Source of the DNA: Gordius albopunctatus
Taxonomy: Eukaryota
Reading direction: 5' to 3'
Length of the DNA: 64,000 bases
NCBI GenBank assembly: GCA_964276515.1
Contig: OZ193910.1
Coordinates: 310,001-374,000, forward strand
How positions within the stretch are numbered: the stretch's first letter is position 1; each line of letters begins with the position of its first letter. This document shows, one piece after another, positions 24,535 through 38,087 of this stretch. The notes beneath the pieces are model-generated. The model was not told the DNA's origin. It did not search any database and saw nothing but the letters and a program-made list of their open reading frames with translations. Made by a program: the position numbers and the translations under genes.

Positions 24535-25769
24535 ATGTCTATTATAAAGAAGATACTCTAAATTTTGTAATCCAAGTACATTTTAGGTATCAGCTGATTT
24601 TAATTTTGATGTTGCCTGGGAATCATATTGACTAAATATGGTATCCAATTTTTTAGATAAATTTAGATAAGTAACATGTCTATTATATCTATATGTAAAG
24701 ACCACAACTTATTAATTTGTGCTGATATAGCTAATAAAATAATTCTAGCAAAATTTAAAGTTTAAGGGAAATTTAATGTGATAATATAATTTATATAATA
24801 AAAACTGGTGCCCTATATATTTTTTCATACTCATCTTTAGAGGACTATAGTTCTTATTACAATTAATCTTAATAATTCAAGGCATAATCTTTTGTGACGT
24901 TTGTGGTAGAACTTTATTTAAAATTTATTGTTTTGAGGAAATGACTAGTAAAAATGTTTATTTAAGGTAAGAACTTAACTTCATGATAATAAGTGGAAGC
25001 AACAAATATGTTAAAGGAATCAGATGGTTAAGGTTCATCTATTTATTTGTGGGTATCGTGACTTGGAGCCTGTTAATTGATAAGAATGAAAAGGTTTATA
25101 ATATTTATGGTTCACTGGTGTTCAACTTAATATTTACTGCACTAAATTTCGATTGGGTCATAAAATAGCACTAAAAAACCTAAAAATTATTTCAACTTAA
25201 TTTTCAGTTATTTAAAAAAGGAATGAACATATTAACTTTATAGGGCAATATTGTATATTAAATTCCTATGTAGCTTTTAAAATTTTCTACAAGAAAACTT
25301 TAGACGACTGATAGACAGCCGGAATGATAATCGCATTTTGATTTAAAAGATGAATTATACTTACATATATAATATGCCTATGACATTTCTAACTATTTTT
25401 TGTTAACCTATAAAGTTATCTCATACCTCTCTTTAACGTGAAATTGTTTATTTTATTGCTTTTATCAATAAGTAATTAAATAGCGCTACCAGAAAAGAGT
25501 AGATGAGTGGAGTTGAGCTGCTGCATTTTTATGCAAATTTAAAAATTAAATTGTTCCCAATTTAAAATCGAAAAAGATACATAACGTAGAAATGCGTCCA
25601 TAATAAAGAACTCTTCTGCGTATTGTTAACGACTAAGGATAATTTCTAAATATTCCGTACGTGAGAGGATCTTAAGCATAAATAAATGAAATGCAAACAT
25701 TTTGGAATAGTGTTTATATGCTTACTAAACTTGTATTGATTTTGCATACTCTAACGATATTCACTAAAG

Positions 25770-26050
25770 GGTCGGCCGAGCATCGTAAATCCTCAAAATA
25801 TTCAGCTGTGTCAGAAGTCTCCATTTTAATTCCTATTGTTTCGTCATGCTCAGGGACGTTTAGGAAAGGCGGTTTGAATTTTTTAAAGAACTAAAATGCT
25901 AACCTTCTTCAAACATTTTGAATAGTTTTTTACTAAGACAATCAATCGCCATTGCCATAGCTAAATCTAATTTTTATCCTCTAATTGATTCAATGCCCAT
26001 TCTTACAGAAGACGAAGAAATGGATAATGCCATTTAATCATTAAAAAAAA
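25770..26050 (+). mobile_element. CRE-clade retrotransposon extreme 3' fragment
   Basis: AEHRKSSKYS..ILIPIVSSCSGTF..LRQSIAIAIAKSN resembles the C-terminus of the 60145 ORF (EEGRKTTKYS..IFIPVVATCSGSF..LRQQLGI). Confidence 0.75.
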
Positions 26051-26438
26051 TATTTTCGTTCTTGTATCCATTAATTAATTTCATTATATATTTAATACTT
26101 TTTTAAAAAGAGCATTTTTTATCAAATAAAGTCAATATAGTACAATATTTAATTCAAGTATTTTATTGAAGAATGTTCTCGTAATATATATATATATTAG
26201 ATTTATAAATATTTTTAATTATTTGTGTAGTAAAAATAAATAATACACGCATATACCGAGGAATAATCTACCATAATAATATTTTAATACACACTTGATA
26301 TTGGGGTTATTTTAATACAATCAAATATACATGATATATAAAAATAACTACTCTTTTTATAAGTGTGTGTTGTGTGTGTATAATTACTTTCCAAGCAAAT
26401 GAACTTAAAAATTATTTAGTTAATAACAGTTGAGCTTT

Positions 26439-29400
26439 TCAAACCATTTTTTCTACCAATAAATCATTTTCGTGGGGCTCTTTTTGGGGTGCTAAACAGT
26501 AATAGGACTTGTTGAATGATGAAATGCTGCTTTTGCAAGATCCACTATGACTTGAATTTCTAGATGGTGTTAGACCAGAATCTTCAGATAACATAGTCTT
26601 ATCACAGCCTTTAGCTTTGGCATCCTTTGTATTATCTTCTGTAAAGAACTCAAAACCTCTTAAATAATAATCAGTGTCATAATCTATTGCATCAATTTTA
26701 TTATGTTCCATCGGTTTGAGTTCGTATATTCCACTTTTTTCCTCCAATTCCAATTTTTGATCCTCTAGATCAGGCATGGAAGCTAAAGCTGTATTGGAAG
26801 CTAAAGCTGTATAATTATCACCTTGCACTTCATTGGTTTGCCTATAAGTGGATGACTCCTTGAGATTGGGAGAATGTAGGAGTAAAGACTTTTTTAGTAA
26901 ATTATGTGGTGAAAGTTTGAAAAAACGGAATTTCTTGACTCTCGGACTATGAGGTTTTTTATGGTTGATATTAAATTTGTCGCGTTTCACGTAGATGTAG
27001 ATAAGCAGGTAAACAACGACGACAAGGAGAAGGACGCATAACACTAGGAGTAAAAGGAAAGGCAACGATTCATAACTAAAGTAAGCTCGCCTCTTGAAAA
27101 ACACAATGCCGGGTAAGTTTATACGCCATTTATCTTTGCTTTCATCCTGGCCTGGGATCGAATCAAGAGGCGTTGTGGTTAAGGTATCTTAATTAGGTGT
27201 ATAGAATCAAATGAATTTAAATAATAATTATGTGGCTTTAATTTTAGATTGAATAAAATTATTTAGAGCATTTACTTATTTCGTCAAATTCCGTCGGCAT
27301 GTTGCCCACGTTACCTAATATATAACACAATAAACTTTAGTTCAACTATTTGTTAAAATTAAATATGATTTATCCTAATTTTTATTATTAGGAAAAAAAG
27401 AAGTGTTATGTTTTTCCTATTGATTGTAAATATGAGAAGCTTAGAGGATTTTTGTAAATATAAATCTTAACATTAGATTTAAGAATGCCTTTAAGTAGAA
27501 TAAAATGTTATTTATCTTATTCATTTAATGGATAAATTGTTACCTAAACAGAGGGGACAACATTTGCCTTTTTGAAGAAGCGGCTTATCGCAATATTGTT
27601 TGGGACATGTGGTACTATAGCATTTAACCTTACCAAGGTGACATTTACAGCTATTACAAGGGTCCTGATACCATTGAGCACCGTTGTCGTACAATTGGCC
27701 ATCAGCTAATTTACAGAAGGATTTAGGATTGGTGGCAAGAGCTCGGTCATGATTATGTGAATTTCTTCTTTCAACTTCATCTAGCACAAATATAAAAAAA
27801 GTGATCTAATTGTCTATGCATTTTAATTTACATAGAAGTAAACGAAAAGTATTTTCTGCAAAAGATGAATGCGAAATACTTAGACAGCCTTGGCAACAAG
27901 AATTTGGGCCATTAAGGCTTTGAGGGAAATGGCAAGGAGTGGGTTTGCATTCTGACACAGAACAATAAACTACCCCCTCCCTGCAAATACAATTGATACA
28001 ATTGTCAATCCACCATGAATCGTAAACTCCGTTGCTTAGTTTAGGTGAATAGAAATATGAACTATCCAGTGTTTTCACGTCACTAATCTCGTTTGCTAAG
28101 GACGGTACGTCCGAAATAACATTGGCATACGGCGACCTCAAAACCTTGCATTCGGTGTAATTTGAATATGGCGATGCCTTTATTTGTCCTTTAATATAAT
28201 GAAACAATGAATTTATGAATGAAATTTACCTGGACAAGAGGGACAACAGTCCCCGGGCGAATAAAATGGTTTTTCGCATTTGGGAATGGGACAAGTTAGG
28301 AGGGTACATAGTGTAATTCCATCCATACAATAACAACGTCTACAGTCTTCGGTCCAAGTTTGCTCGGGTGCAAAATACAAACCAAGTCGCTTACTGTGAC
28401 AATGTAAATTTGGTGCCACAGGTGTGGACATGTTTGATAATGTCCCATTAGAATTTGCATCAGTGATTTCATTGCTAACTTTTAAATTAATAACTAGCAC
28501 ATTTAGTAAGGGAACAGCACAATTTTTTATATATTTATTAATAAAGAAAATTTTTTTATAAGCTCACCATTGGTTTGGCAAATGGGACAGCAAACTCCCC
28601 CTATTTTTACCATATCGTCAGGTGCACAATCCCGTGGTAAGGCACACATTTGAGATATGCATTCCACTTTACCATTTACATTACAAACACAATGGACGCA
28701 GTCGCCCTCGGTCCAAGTATCGTTTGACTGATATTTGATCCCACTTTCCGAAACACACATAACCTCTAAAATTAAGATAATTTCAAAATGGCCGTCTTTT
28801 TGGAAGGGTTGGGGACGTGATTTAAACTTTAATAATATGTTTAATAAATTATAAAGCTTTCATTATAACATTAATTGAATTACACTTTATGGGTTACGTT
28901 CAATTAAAAGGTAATAATAGATATTTTATTTCAATTTACAGTAGGAATTACAATATATATATGCTTAATATACATAAATTAAATAACAAGGAGTTTAAAA
29001 TAGGTCCTATTTACTTTTAAGTTGACATTCGGGACAACAAGTGTCGTTGGAGTGATGATGACAATATTCGGAGCTGCAATTTTTAGCTTGGCAAAATGTC
29101 AAGCCAGCGCGACAGTAACATGTCACACAGGCATCTTTGTCCCAACTTGCTCCATTTTCGTGTAAATAGTCTCCTGATTTGCAACTACTTGAATCTTCCT
29201 TAAGATCCCCCTTTGATTCTTTAAAGCAATAACGATTATTTAAAATTGTTTGAATTAAAGAATGTTTTTACCAATGTCCTGACAAGTAAATACATCACAG
29301 CAACTCCCAGGAATACCATTGCCTCTAAATGTTAATGCGGGCCATTGCCCGTCCTTGCATATGGGTGGAGGTTGACATAAATCCTTTAAACATTGACATC

Positions 29401-32400
29401 TGTAGAATAAATGCAAATAAATAAATGCAAATAAATAAATAAAAGGATTTAACCCTTGAGGAACTGGGCAGCAATGATCGTGGGTAAAAAGGCTGGGTAA
29501 AATAATACTATCGCTTGAACAAGCAAATTCTGCTTCGTCGTGCGGACAAATGGCATCACGACAATTGACATGACCTTTGAATGAATGAATGAATGAATGA
29601 ATGAATGAATGAATGAATGAATGAATGAATGAATGAATGAATGAATGAATGCAGTAACGTAGGAAAGGGGGTGAGCCGGGCTCGGGCCTCTAAATTAATC
29701 TTAAAGGGCTGGCCCCGAGACAGGTTTTGTAAAATTTATACTAGTTGATGGCAATTAAGCTTAAAAGAACCGGTCCATCTCAACTTCAAACAATGGCCCT
29801 GATTGGTAGATTCAGAAAAGCTCTAAGGAGCACTTTGCAAATTGTATCGTTGGAAGAAAGACTGCAAGCGGAATTGAGCCACACAATTTAAATAAAAATA
29901 ATTGTTAATACATTTTCTAAGTACAAACATAACACTGAAGATATTTTAATTTTAAACAAAAATCCATCCTAGATATAAAAAAATATATAGATATTATAGA
30001 AATTATTTTTTGTATAATTGATTTATTTTTCACACAAAACTAACATTCCCCCTTTGGCTTGCCTACGCTATGGATGTTTATAATCTTAATTAATTTTTGT
30101 TTGAGTGTATTATTTATTAAATTTAAAAAAAATATACTTTTGTTCAGAGGAGTAGGTAAGCATTCGTAAGTAGGACAGCATTTGCCAGGTATTTTATCAT
30201 TGCCGGGGCTCAGCAATTTTAAGTCAAAATGGGAGCCGCCATTTTTTCCATTGCAAGTCATGTGACATTTGCTCATGTCACACCTACAATGGAATTGAGA
30301 AGAATTTTCCAGAAAGGAATGTTCCTTAGAAAATCCAATTGAGTTCTGTGCCCCCGATCCAGGCACTTCTACCGAGTCGCTAGGACATCTGAGATGGGTA
30401 TCGCTCGGTGGGTTCGAATCCAGCTCGTACCCTTTTTTATTTATTTAAAAAAGACTTTTTTAATAGAAACCAGGGGCGTAGTTAATAATAAATTAGATCA
30501 AAACAATTTTTTCAGATTTAATAATAATTTTAGAATTAGTAGAGCATAAAATATATACACCCGTAATAAAATTTAAAATTTTACTAGAATAAATCTTTGT
30601 TCATTTTTTTAGATATTTTAACTAATATTTTGTAGAAAAAAAAACAAATTTTGTGAAATATTGCTATATCAATGAATTTTAATTGCTCAAAGGTAGTCCA
30701 CTTAAACCGGAAATAATTGTTAAGCTAGAATGAAATTAAAAGGGGAAAAAAGTAAATATAATTTTTTATTGCCAACGATTAAATTTAAAACAATGAGTCT
30801 GCCGGGGGGCAATAATTTTCCCAAGATGAAAACATAATCTAGTTGAGGTCAAAAACACCTTAGAAATCTCCAAGGTTTTTCTTATTAAAAAATAAAAGTA
30901 TTCTATTTTAATTTAGAAATTCATTTTTTAGAAACAAAAGAATAAGTTAATTATAATTGAATTAAAAAATCTTCTCGGTACGTGTGAAAAAAACTGAATA
31001 ATACAGCGCAATTTTAAAATTAATGATAGTTTTTTTATGAAAAATCTGGCATATAAAACATATTTTTATATATTTTAAAAATAAATAAATTTACTTAAAA
31101 TACTATTCAATTTTTCTTGACAAGATTTTTTGTCTGGAAATGGAAAAATGGCGCTCAAATTTGGACACAATTTGACATTTTGGCAAAAACATTGCTCCGT
31201 ATATATGGCACAACCACTAAAATTTGTTCCATTATCGCATCGCAAATCAACCAACATATCTAATTTTGTGAACAAAATTATATATTTAGAATAATATATT
31301 AATTAATTCCAAATTTTAAGTTTTTCCATAAAATATAATAAGTTACAAATTGAACATTTTTACAAATTTTCCAATTTAATATCAAAAGTTTTTAATATTT
31401 AATTTAGGGTCATTAAATGACTTGAGAAGGGATCGTAAAATTTAAGAGCTAAACTCGAAGCAAAAGCAAATAAAATTTTACACAGGTGAGAAAGTTTAGG
31501 GTAAGACTATTTAAACAAAAACATAATGAAATTTTCAAAAATTATATCAATATTTTTTTATATTTTTTTACCATGGAAATAAATTAAGTTAAAAATAATA
31601 AATTAACCAAAAAAACAAGGTTATATTATTTTAAAAATAGTTTTAAAAAGTAATTTATCATGCATTTAAATATGTATGAAAAATTTGATTTCTTTAAAAT
31701 CGCAAAAATGGGAGAAATTATATATTTTCAAAACTAATATATAAATATTTTAAAAATTTTATGAAACAAAATATATCATTGCAATCTCGGACAATAATCC
31801 CTTGTAAACCCTAGGGAATTCCCTTTGCTCCCCCCTGATGCTTTATCTCAGTGAAAAGTTCATAAAAGATTACTTTTACTACACATAGGTCAATTCATAT
31901 CTATAATAAATACATGCAAAGCTTTTTTATTCTTTCATATCATATTTCTTATGTAGAAAGATTAAAATTTTCTTAAAAAAACTTTTGCACATAAAATTAT
32001 AAAACTAACTTTTAATATTCTATTATTTATTTTTAAAATTCGTTAGTAATGATAAGTAAAAAAGCTAAATAAACTTAGAGTTTTCAATAAAATAAAAATA
32101 GTTTTTTGATTTTTATTTAAAAGAAATAGCATAAACATAAGCCTACTGCCGCACTACTAGAGTTGTTAAATTGCTAACTTTCTTCAATTCCAGCTATCAT
32201 CTGCTCGAGTTTCTGCTCGGCCCTTGAGCATTTTTATATGCTACTGTTCTGCCTTTAGCACCGAATAGCGAGCTCATATTGTGTTAACGCCTATATTAAG
32301 CAACTCCGTGTGCGTGCTCGCGTCTGGAGTTTGGAGAAAGTGAGCAATTTAACAACTCTACGCACTACTATATAATTTGTAACTTGATCCCACTAGATTA

Positions 32401-33131
32401 TTCAATTGTTGGGTGACAATTATAATAAAATTGTCATCATCAGGAAGTTCAAGTTGAAAGTGTATCAAATTTCAATAACAAATTCCAACAATCGGGAAAA
32501 TATTTTCAAAATTAATAAAATCAATCACAATTTAGCCTATTGAGATTGAATTGCTTTTTTCAAAATGTGATTTATTGATCATAGAAATGGTATATATATA
32601 TAATTTAAATTTTTTAAAAAATCGAAATATAAAAATATTTAATTAGCTATTTTTAGTAAAACCAAACATTCCGTTGTCAAGTTAAAATAGTTTAATATAA
32701 AACCTTTTTTTTTAATTAAAGTTTTTTGCATTGTTTCTTAATAAAGGGAAAAAACAAAAAATTTTAAATAAAAATTTTGATTTGTGACCTGAGTTTAAGC
32801 ATATTCCGGTCTTATGGGTGGGGGAATGCCGGTTTTTTGCGGCATCTAGAACACAAAAATGGTTATTTTGACAAATCCCTCCAAAACCCGACCTAGCTGA
32901 TGAACAGCTGTTTCCTGTCGTGACTGGGCATGTAGGACAACACGTACAAGGATCTATGGTCACGTGTTCACAAGTCCCCAGCTGATCGTACCGACAATCA
33001 GCTGTTTTGGGACAAAGACCTCCATCTTGAAATGTCCCATTAGAGCCCGGGCGACATGTCCAAGTCGAGACTAAGCCAATGATTGAAGCTGTAAATAGGA
33101 TAAAATTTGTAAAATTTTGCACAATTTTCAT
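26439..33131 (-). CDS. CRIM1: Cysteine-rich motor neuron 1 (CRIM1/crimpy/crm-1)-like BMP modulator, 12 coding exons, about 1011 aa
   Basis: Exons 33131-32789, 31259-31095, 30431-30138, 29574-29454, 29399-29272, 29218-29015, 28765-28568, 28478-28230, 28188-27880, 27780-27544, 27314-27276, 27187-26439 join in frame. Signal peptide, IGFBP-like DPCTCCPTC, Cys-rich PGxCC modules, five VWC domains, TM helix, cytoplasmic tail. Probable 5' UTR exon ends at 33706. Confidence 0.87.
29578..29651. repeat. (TGAA)n microsatellite, about 18 units
   Basis: Perfect tetranucleotide array abutting a CRIM1 acceptor site. Confidence 0.98.
32158..32360. mobile_element. hAT-type MITE (family B) in a CRIM1 intron
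   Basis: Perfect 18-bp TIR TAGAGTTGTTAAATTGCT; 8-bp TSD CGCACTAC (32150-32157 and 32361-32368). Confidence 0.95.
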
Positions 33132-33419
33132 GTGGGATGATGCTTGATCGATTGATATAATTGTGGATATTGATGTAATAACAGCCGATCTCACTATATA
33201 TTGGGATTGTGGTTTGGTTATAGAATAAATGATAAAGGGGGAAATGTCAAATTGTACTCCAAATATTTCTTCGCGCTTTCCAATGATGATACAATATAAT
33301 GATGGATGGATGACACTTCACTTTTGTGCAACATACACACAGTTGTCGTCCTAAATGTTTTCTTGCTACGTTTCTCTAATTTCTAAAATAACGCGAAAAA
33401 ATTAAATAAGAATTTATTG

Positions 33420-33670
33420 GTATGGATAAACGTAGATAAGTTTGGGATTAGAAGGGGGGGGGGCAACTGCCCCTCCTTGCCCCACTCTTCACCTCGGCTA
33501 GGCCCATGTCGGCATGTAAGGGCTGGAATTAGAGGGTAGGGAGGGGCAAGATGATCGTTTTTTAAAATTTTTTTAGCTATAATTGTAATAATTTCCCACA
33601 AATCTTTGGATTTAGAGAGGGGGGTGGCAGCCGCCCCTTCCTGCCCCCCCCCTCCCTGACTAAGCCAATG
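33420..33670. repeat. Short G/C-tract interspersed repeat fragments (MITE-like)
   Basis: Two copies of GGATT..GGGGGG..GCCCC..CCCC..CTA.GCC.ATG; a related copy lies at 37243-37280. Confidence 0.5.
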
Positions 33671-36600
33671 TCTACAAACATTTAAATGACAATGTACTAA
33701 CTCACCTGCCGTTCGATGTGTACGTATGATGTGTGTCTCTTAGGGAATAAATATATTGACGTAATTTGCTAACATTGCTGACATTTTTGTCATTTTTAAG
33801 AAACGATTTTCGCCTATTTTGAATTTCTCTCTTTCTCACTCTGGGAAAGAATAATTGAGTAAATAAATGAATGATCAGAATATAAGGGATTCGGGTGAGG
33901 GGCGGCTTTAGTTCATCATGACTCACACGGGGAAAATGTGAGCCGGTAAAAAAATCAACATTTTCAGCGACATTCATAGGGTAGGGGCGAATTTGAATTT
34001 TTGAATGGGCCAATGATATAATTTGGCGGAATATAAGAGTTGAAATTGATTGGTGAATTCAAAAATTTCTCGAGGAAAAAAGGCAAGTTGGCAAAATGCG
34101 CCCTTTACTATCTCACCTGTTAACTAAATTGCGCACCTTCCACCACTCACACTAATTGAGTTCGAGTGTTTAATGGTCGTGGCGTAAATAAGTAGACAAA
34201 ATAACGATTTCCTCAAATTTTATTTAATTTCGAGAAAAAAAAATATTTGAAAAATTCTTAAAACGAATAGTAATTAAAATAATGAAAACAAAGTAAATTT
34301 TTTGCATTTTTTGACTCATACAACCTAATTAAAAAAGAGGCGTTAAGGGATGGGGGTAATTAACCCCTTAAGACCCCCCCCCGCAAGCATAACAGTTTTT
34401 AGCCAATAAAGGAGCAATTAAAAAGATAAATTTCATTTAATGGCCTTTAAGTTTTTCAGTAATATTTTTGTATCGTAAACAATGTGTTGGAAGGTCAAAA
34501 AACTTCAAATAGCGTTATACTACGTGCGATTCGTCCATAAATAAACATGTGATTAGTTGTAATGTCCAATGAAGGTCGCTAATTTAAAATTTCATTCAAA
34601 ATTTATTAAGGATACGCGAAAAAAGCGGTACTTACAAATTAATCTTTCAAATTTTAAAGTTTTAATATGTTATTTTTACTAATATATTTTTTATTTTTCA
34701 ATTTTTAGAGTGTATGCTAAAAAATGTAAAAGATTTCCATGGTAAATAAGCTTAAATAATAAACTTTCACACCCAGATGAATTTTATGATATTCTGCGGT
34801 TAAAACGCACGACCTAGGTTAAAGCAATTTAATGATTCCCATTTAAAGTCTCAAACAAAGGAAAAATAAATCTCTCACAACACCTATGTGCCAAGGCTGC
34901 CTTTTTTTACTGAAGGTTACAAAACAATTTTTTAGATGAATTTTATTAATATTTTAACTTGTAAGATATATATAAAAAAAATAAGTTTTTACACTTAAAT
35001 TTATAAATTATAGGTTTTAGAGCAATTTTGGGGGATGAAAAACAATATTTTTTTTGACTTTTTTATATTTTATCACCTGGGCCAAGAGGTGGTAAGAAAG
35101 AGTAAAATAAAATTTGGTGACAATTTTTATGTCGCAAATCTCATGAATATTTAATGAGACGACAATTGATACCTCCTGTTATTATTTGAGCTACAAATAG
35201 CGCTGAGATGAAAATGCAGACTATGTTTCACAAAATTGTTGTCTACCCCCCTCATTCTAATGAGTAGAGGTCACGAATATCCTAGTACACATAAAAAAGA
35301 CATTTTTTTGTAATTTCTATTTTTAAATTTTTTCTATTTTATTTTTCATGAATATAAAATGCTCTGTAAAATTTGCTTAATTTTTGCAATTTAAATAAAA
35401 AAAGTATAAAATTAGTGAATTTAAAGGAGCATTGAAAAAATAATAAAGGCGCTGCTATAGCTAAGAGAGTTGTGAAGTACTTCCTCATTTAATCTAAATA
35501 TCCAAGGTTAAATTTGTCATATGCTTTAATAATAAAACATAAAATTTCGTTTTTACCTAAAATAAATGGTCTAAAAATATTTAAAATTAATGGTTTTTTT
35601 ATTTGTTAGGATTGGTTAGCTATTTTTCTTAGTATTTTTTATTGTTTAATCATATAACCTTCAAAGGTTGCCAAAACCATCCGTATATTACATTATAATA
35701 ATAAAAACTAAAATTTTCATAGAGCATAATATTAAATTATAATTAAAATAATTGAATGAACAAATAGACGTCATCTATTATATTTGGTATATAAATATTC
35801 TCCATAATACCTCTTCATACTGTAATCTTTTCCTGATTTGGGGTCATTTTAGACCCCATAAGATCAATAAAAAACTCAAAATCGATAAGAAACATCAGCT
35901 TTTATCATAAGATTTAATCTATGAGTAGCTTGTCACCTGGTGCTGGGCGCAATCATCCTATTCCCATAATTTCATTTTAAGCTGCATTAAAAGATTAAAA
36001 AAATGTATAAAAAATAGACTAGATTACAAAATTATTCACTTGTATACCAACAAAGCCCACAATAGTTGATTAATATTTAAATATCAACATAATAAATTTA
36101 AAATATAAAAAATAAATAAAACCCGATTGCCGGATTTTTCGATTCCTGAGCTCTTTGTTATTTTTTTATTAAAACACATTTATACTTGTCAATATTTAGT
36201 CATTGCTCGTAAAAATAAAATTTTATTTAGGCACACTTAATTTTAATTCATCGGAATATTATTTTAACTTTATTACGTGTAAATTGCATACAATTTGTTA
36301 TTTGTTAGGATGTATGTATATAGTATGTGTTAGGAAAGCACAAAAAATAGAAACTTTGTTAAAAATACATGTTCACATCTATCCCAAATTATCTCAAAAT
36401 CAATATTAAAAAGTTTCACGCTCGAAGGCATAATTAATGGTATGATACTAATTGAGAACAGGCATTGTTATAATGACAAGGGTTAATGATGAATTCTGAA
36501 ATCCAAATATAATTGCTGAATCCTAGAAATTAGTAAATTGATTGATTTTGATTTATTGATTAGTTTTTCCATCATCACTTACTATCAATCACTTAGAATT

Positions 36601-36794
36601 CATGATCCGGAAATTGGATGAGAGAGTTGCCTATTTCAGAAAAAAAATATCTCGTTTCTAAAATGTTTAGTCGCATTTGTTTGCATAAAATCGTTTCAAA
36701 AATATATAGCAAATACAATTTATTTATTTCTAAAAACATCTTTAAAATAACTATAACTTAAAAGCTAATCTTAAAAACTCTACCCATCCAAAAT

Positions 36795-37156
36795 TTGTCT
36801 TAATATCGGATCCAGATTCAAATCGTGCGAATCTATCTTTGTCTAAATACCCGATTCAATTTCATCGGTCAAACTCGTTTGTAATGATTAATATTTTGTT
36901 TTTTATAGTTAAAAACGTTTTTTTTGTTTATTTCAACTCTTGAGATTAAATCTAAACTTTGCTGATACCTAAAAATTTAAAAACATACAACATTTAAGCT
37001 TAGGAAAATTTTTGTATCTAACAAAATCGCCTTTATGTTATGCATCGTCTGAAATGTGAATCTGCTGCTGCGAATTTGAAGTTAAGACACGGGGCTATAT
37101 TATAAACCGTACGACGATTTTTGCTGCGCAGCAAAATCCGATATTAAGACAAGCCC
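36795..37156. mobile_element. PIF/Harbinger-like MITE
   Basis: 17-bp inverted repeat TTGTCTTAATATCGGAT / ATCCGATATTAAGACAA; right end GCCC|TTA; left terminus eroded. Confidence 0.55.
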
Positions 37157-38087
37157 TTAGAGGTATAATTAAACAAGCCTTTCACCATGTATATAAATTT
37201 ATATAGTAATAAGCCATAATTTTATAAAATTTCAGCAAACTTTTGGATTTAGGGGGGAAGCCGCCCCTTTCTGCCCCCCCCCCCCCGGCTACCCCCCTCA
37301 TTATAAATATTTTTAAATTTTACATAATAAATCAAAGTTAGACACTTTTTCATGAGATTTGTAGAAAGCAAACCCTTTAGCGTCAAAGCAAAATTAGAAA
37401 CTTCAAGTTTATCATGAAAGTTGTTGTTAACTATTTTAAACTCTATATAAATTACGTTCTTGTTAAATCAACAACCTTTAAATGCTCGTTTAGAATAAAT
37501 TTATATTTTTTTGTGTGTGTTGTAAAACTAGATTAAATGTTTATATTGGCCTTTTAAGCCCAAACTTAAAAGTCTATTCCTGATGCTAATAGCATTATCA
37601 TTTAGAAATTTACCCTGAGTTAGCATAATTTCTTCTAACGACATTTAGGCTAATTAATATTTTGGCCAAATCGCGTCTATGTCTTCAAACCTTCTTCATA
37701 AATCCGATTAGAACATTGATAAAACCAACTTTCTTATATAATAGATTCAACATTTACCAGTATATTTAACTCTATAAGTCTTTTAAGAATAACGCATATT
37801 AAATTCAGCAATGTATTATTATAATCAAATGATCGAATATGATTTTTCATAATTATTATCATTGATAAAAAAATATTATTAATTGATTGGCTATTATGAG
37901 CGTTTATTGGTTTTTAGGGAAGCTGACATTATAAAAGAATTATCCATTAAATCAAGTCGGACCTGTTAAGCTAAGTGACTGATCGAATGTGATAAGCTAA
38001 TACAATTTAAAGGCCCACAATGTTCAGACTAAACTATTCCAAATTACATTATGTCTATAAATAATTAAATATCATTTTTATGCTTTA

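Noticed and set aside
30400..30432. GGTGGGTTCGAATCCAGC looks like a tRNA T-arm/B-box
   Set aside because: It is antisense to an inferred CRIM1 coding exon (ELDSNPP); no cloverleaf or A-box found.
33702..34013. 103-aa minus-strand ORF upstream of CRIM1
   Set aside because: Non-ATG start, no motifs, and it ends at a GTGAG donor; better explained as 5' UTR exon sequence.
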